Below are positions 6,699-8,626 of a stretch of 8,626 nucleotides of DNA, piece by piece. Position numbers and translations under genes: made by a program. Numbering within the stretch: position 1 is the first letter of the stretch; the number at the start of each line of letters is the position of its first letter. Origin of the DNA: Candidatus Baldrarchaeota archaeon. Its GTDB lineage: Archaea; Asgardarchaeota; Baldrarchaeia; Baldrarchaeales; DXJG01. The stretch is from the NCBI GenBank assembly GCA_019056805.1, contig DXJG01000005.1, positions 33,709 to 42,334 on the forward strand, written 5' to 3'. Below the pieces are notes generated by a model, which made no database searches, was not told where the DNA came from, and saw only the letters and a list, made by a program, of their open reading frames with translations.

Positions 6699-7523
6699 TT
6701 ATTTTAAACCTGCAATAAATATGACAGTACCGCTCGTTATAAGTGCCAATCCCACATGAAATAGCCATTCGTATGGTCTTTCCATCCCAATTAATTCGTA
6801 TTTAAATTGTATTTCCCTAGTAGATGGGGTACTCCTTTCTGAACATAAAATTTCAGCAAGTTCATCAAAAATTGCAGAATTCTTTGTATACCACTCAAGG
6901 AAATATTTCTCATATCCACTATTTTTTGCCGCTTCTAAAATTGCTGTTTTCAATTCCTCACCTCTTAAACCTGTAAGCAGAGGTTTTTGAATCATATCTA
7001 TCAATTTTGTCAGTTCAATGCCAGCTCCAACTCTTATACGATATTTATCCCCCTTTTTACTTATTTCAGTGCATTTTTTGAATATCTTCACTGCCTTTTT
7101 AAGCGAATCTTCGCTCAAAGCTTTTTCATCACTCTCAACTTTTAATAGATACCTGGAGTTTGGATCGGGGTCTAAAACAAAATCTACGGTACCTCCCTTG
7201 CTCATTTTTTCTCCATAAAGGAAGATTTCATTAAAAGTTGAAGGTTTTGAGTAGTCGGTTCTCACCCATCTAATGAGTTTAAAAACTACTCCTCTTTTGT
7301 TTTTCTCTTCGAATCGCAACCTTAAAAGAGAAGAGGTAGGTGCATATAAATGTACTAACAGGGTGGGATTACCTTTACTTAAAACTTCCTTGTTTGAAAA
7401 ACTCTTAGATTTGAGAACTCTCTTCTTAACATACTTTTTAGAAAGTATTGTTAAGAAAATGCCAACTGTTAAAATTAAAAAACCTGTAATTGTTAATACT
7501 TGACTTAATATAGCATCGCTCAT
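6699..7523 (-). CDS. Hypothetical membrane protein, one TM helix at each terminus
   Basis: 274-aa ORF with SD AAGGTG 6 nt before the ATG. Hydrophobic segments VLTITGFLILTVGIFLTIL and WLFHVGLALITSGTVIFIAGL. No family recognised. Confidence 0.75.
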   Translation of the reverse strand: MSDAILSQVLTITGFLILTVGIFLTILSKKYVKKRVLKSKSFSNKEVLSKGNPTLLVHLYAPTSSLLRLRFEEKNKRGVVFKLIRWVRTDYSKPSTFNEIFLYGEKMSKGGTVDFVLDPDPNSRYLLKVESDEKALSEDSLKKAVKIFKKCTEISKKGDKYRIRVGAGIELTKLIDMIQKPLLTGLRGEELKTAILEAAKNSGYEKYFLEWYTKNSAIFDELAEILCSERSTPSTREIQFKYELIGMERPYEWLFHVGLALITSGTVIFIAGLK

Positions 7524-7796
7524 TTTTTACACCTTTTAATTGACATCTTTTACAAGACGTCGTTGCATCAACAAATTGTTATCCTAGCTAGATATTCGCA
7601 GGTTTCTATTTAACATTTTTCCGCAAATCTGATTTCCTTAAACTTTTAACTCTACCTTAAAACAGATTTACTTCCATATCTTTATCTAACTTATTTAATG
7701 CTAATCAAATTTAGCAATATATTAGAAAATATCATTAATCATCAAGATTCTTTTTTAACATAATAACCTCATAATAAGTACAACGAGGTGTATGGG

Positions 7797-8150
7797 TTGT
7801 CGAAAAAGGCAATAAAATTGGTTATTGAATATGAAAGGAGACAGGGAAGAAATCCAAAAGATGTAAGCAATCGATATTTAGGGTTTGATATAAAATCTGA
7901 TGATAGGTTAATTGAGGTTAAGCAAAGAGACATTCGACGGGGGTTCGTATTTTTAACGGAAAACGAGTTTCTTACCTTTATGAGAAATAAGAATGCCTAC
8001 TTATACGTTGTATATGATATCGATAAAGAACCTAAACTTAAAATAATAGATAGAGATACTGTGCTCGCTAATGCTAAAATTTTGATGAAAATTAGAGTAA
8101 ACTTAGGGAAGAAGATTTTGGAAAAATTCGATGAAATTAAATTAAGATGA
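7797..8150 (+). CDS. Stand-alone DUF3883 / NO VEIN C-terminal domain protein (PD-(D/E)xK-like nuclease fold)
   Basis: AIKLVIEYERRQGRNPKDVS...GFDIKS..RLIEVK...LTENE......AYLYVV matches the DUF3883 pattern (G(Y/F)DI.S, IEVK, LT.NE). GTG 7788 lies inside SD GAGGTG (7785-7790); TTG 7797 is 6 nt downstream. Confidence 0.85.
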   Translation: MSKKAIKLVIEYERRQGRNPKDVSNRYLGFDIKSDDRLIEVKQRDIRRGFVFLTENEFLTFMRNKNAYLYVVYDIDKEPKLKIIDRDTVLANAKILMKIRVNLGKKILEKFDEIKLR

Positions 8151-8524
8151 CAGATGAAACTTAAGCATATTTTGAGTCTCACAAAATTTAACAGAATTCG
8201 AATTAGGTGTTTAATTCTACTTCAGAGTTTGTGTTGGGAGAAAGCTGAGAAATGTCACACTTTTTGCCTTCGGCAACCCCGCTTACAGCGATTCCAATTT
8301 TCTCCAATCTTTTTAATAAATTTTCAACATATTCAGGTTTCCAACAAAAATATCTTGAATCCCTAGAAGGAACAATTCAATATTAAAAACCAAACTCTTC
8401 ATCTATACATAATCCTTAAATTTTTCTGCTCATAATACCAGCCCATAACCCTTAAAAACCAAAAACATAAAACAAAAACACAGTCACCGGAATCCCACTA
8501 AACATAACAAAAATGTCAAAAAGC

Positions 8525-8626
8525 GCGGGCGTAGTCTAGAAATGGAGGCATAAAGCCTCTGTTGGGGAACCTGGTCTAGGACGTCGGCCTGCCACGCCGA
8601 GGACCCGGGTTCAAATCCCGGCGCCC
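8525..8626 (+). tRNA. tRNA-Gly(GCC) with a 30-nt D-loop intron; last ~3 nt lie beyond the window
   Basis: Removing 8540-8569 gives a complete cloverleaf. Acceptor GCGGGCG (8525-31) / CGCCC... (8622-26); D-stem GTCT/GGAC; D-loop AGCCTGGTCTA; anticodon stem TCGGC/GCCGA with loop CT-GCC-AC (anticodon 8591-8593); T-stem CCGGG/CCCGG with loop TTCAAAT. Confidence 0.93.
8540..8569 (+). other. Non-canonical tRNA intron at position 15/16 with a relaxed bulge-helix-bulge-like structure
   Basis: The intron AAATGGAGGCATAAAGCCTCTGTTGGGGAA folds as a 9-bp hairpin (8541-8549 / 8555-8563, loop ATAAA). The 3-nt bulges AG|A and AA|C put both junctions after the second bulge nucleotide, as expected for BHB cleavage. 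Confidence 0.8.

Noticed and set aside
7018-8182. ORFs 7018-7218(+), 7273-7503(+), 7997-8182(-)
   Set aside because: Antisense to the membrane protein and DUF3883 genes.
8263-8276. Hairpin TTGCC-TTC-GGCAA as a terminator
   Set aside because: 5-bp stem with a 3-nt loop and no U-tract following it on either strand.
8148-8366. DUF3883 TGA is in frame with the 70-aa ORF 8154-8366 (possible Sec or stop read-through)
   Set aside because: The downstream peptide is not protein-like, has no SD, and is antisense to a more plausible degraded ORF. The TGA is not at a Cys-equivalent position and I see no SECIS-like element.
8451-8524. tRNA promoter (CTTAAAAA at 8451-8458) and a possible split-tRNA leader
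   Set aside because: The box is ~70 nt from the mature 5' end, so the assignment is uncertain. Both tRNA halves are present in cis, so trans-splicing is not needed.
1-8626. CRISPR array, IS element/transposase, integrase or att duplication
   Set aside because: I found no regularly spaced 25-40 nt repeats, no DDE/Y1/tyrosine-recombinase motifs and no second copy of the tRNA T-arm sequence.

Overview
AT-rich archaeal chromosomal window. The archaeal call rests on GAGGTG-type Shine-Dalgarno sites, TATA-like boxes and an archaeal-type tRNA with a BHB-like intron. The left part (1-3727, + strand) looks like core metabolism: a 5'-truncated LutB/LldF-type LUD + 2x[4Fe-4S] protein, a DUF362 protein with a Cys-bearing C-terminal extension, and a YjjX-type inosine/xanthosine triphosphatase. 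A probable frameshifted relic of a three-Cys-motif partner (TcmP-like) gene sits between the last two. The region ~3930-8450 is an accessory patchwork. It holds a stand-alone PLD/HKD nuclease-like protein, two winged-HTH proteins, a thioredoxin-like protein, two small Cys-containing ORFs missed by the ORF track, an RHH regulator coupled to a truncated secreted 'GIGT' repeat protein, a 2-TM orphan protein and a stand-alone DUF3883 (NO VEIN C-terminal) nuclease-like protein. The window ends inside a tRNA-Gly(GCC) gene carrying a 30-nt intron at a non-canonical D-loop position (15/16), which is the most striking sequence-supported feature. All family calls are from motif recognition by eye; no searches were run.
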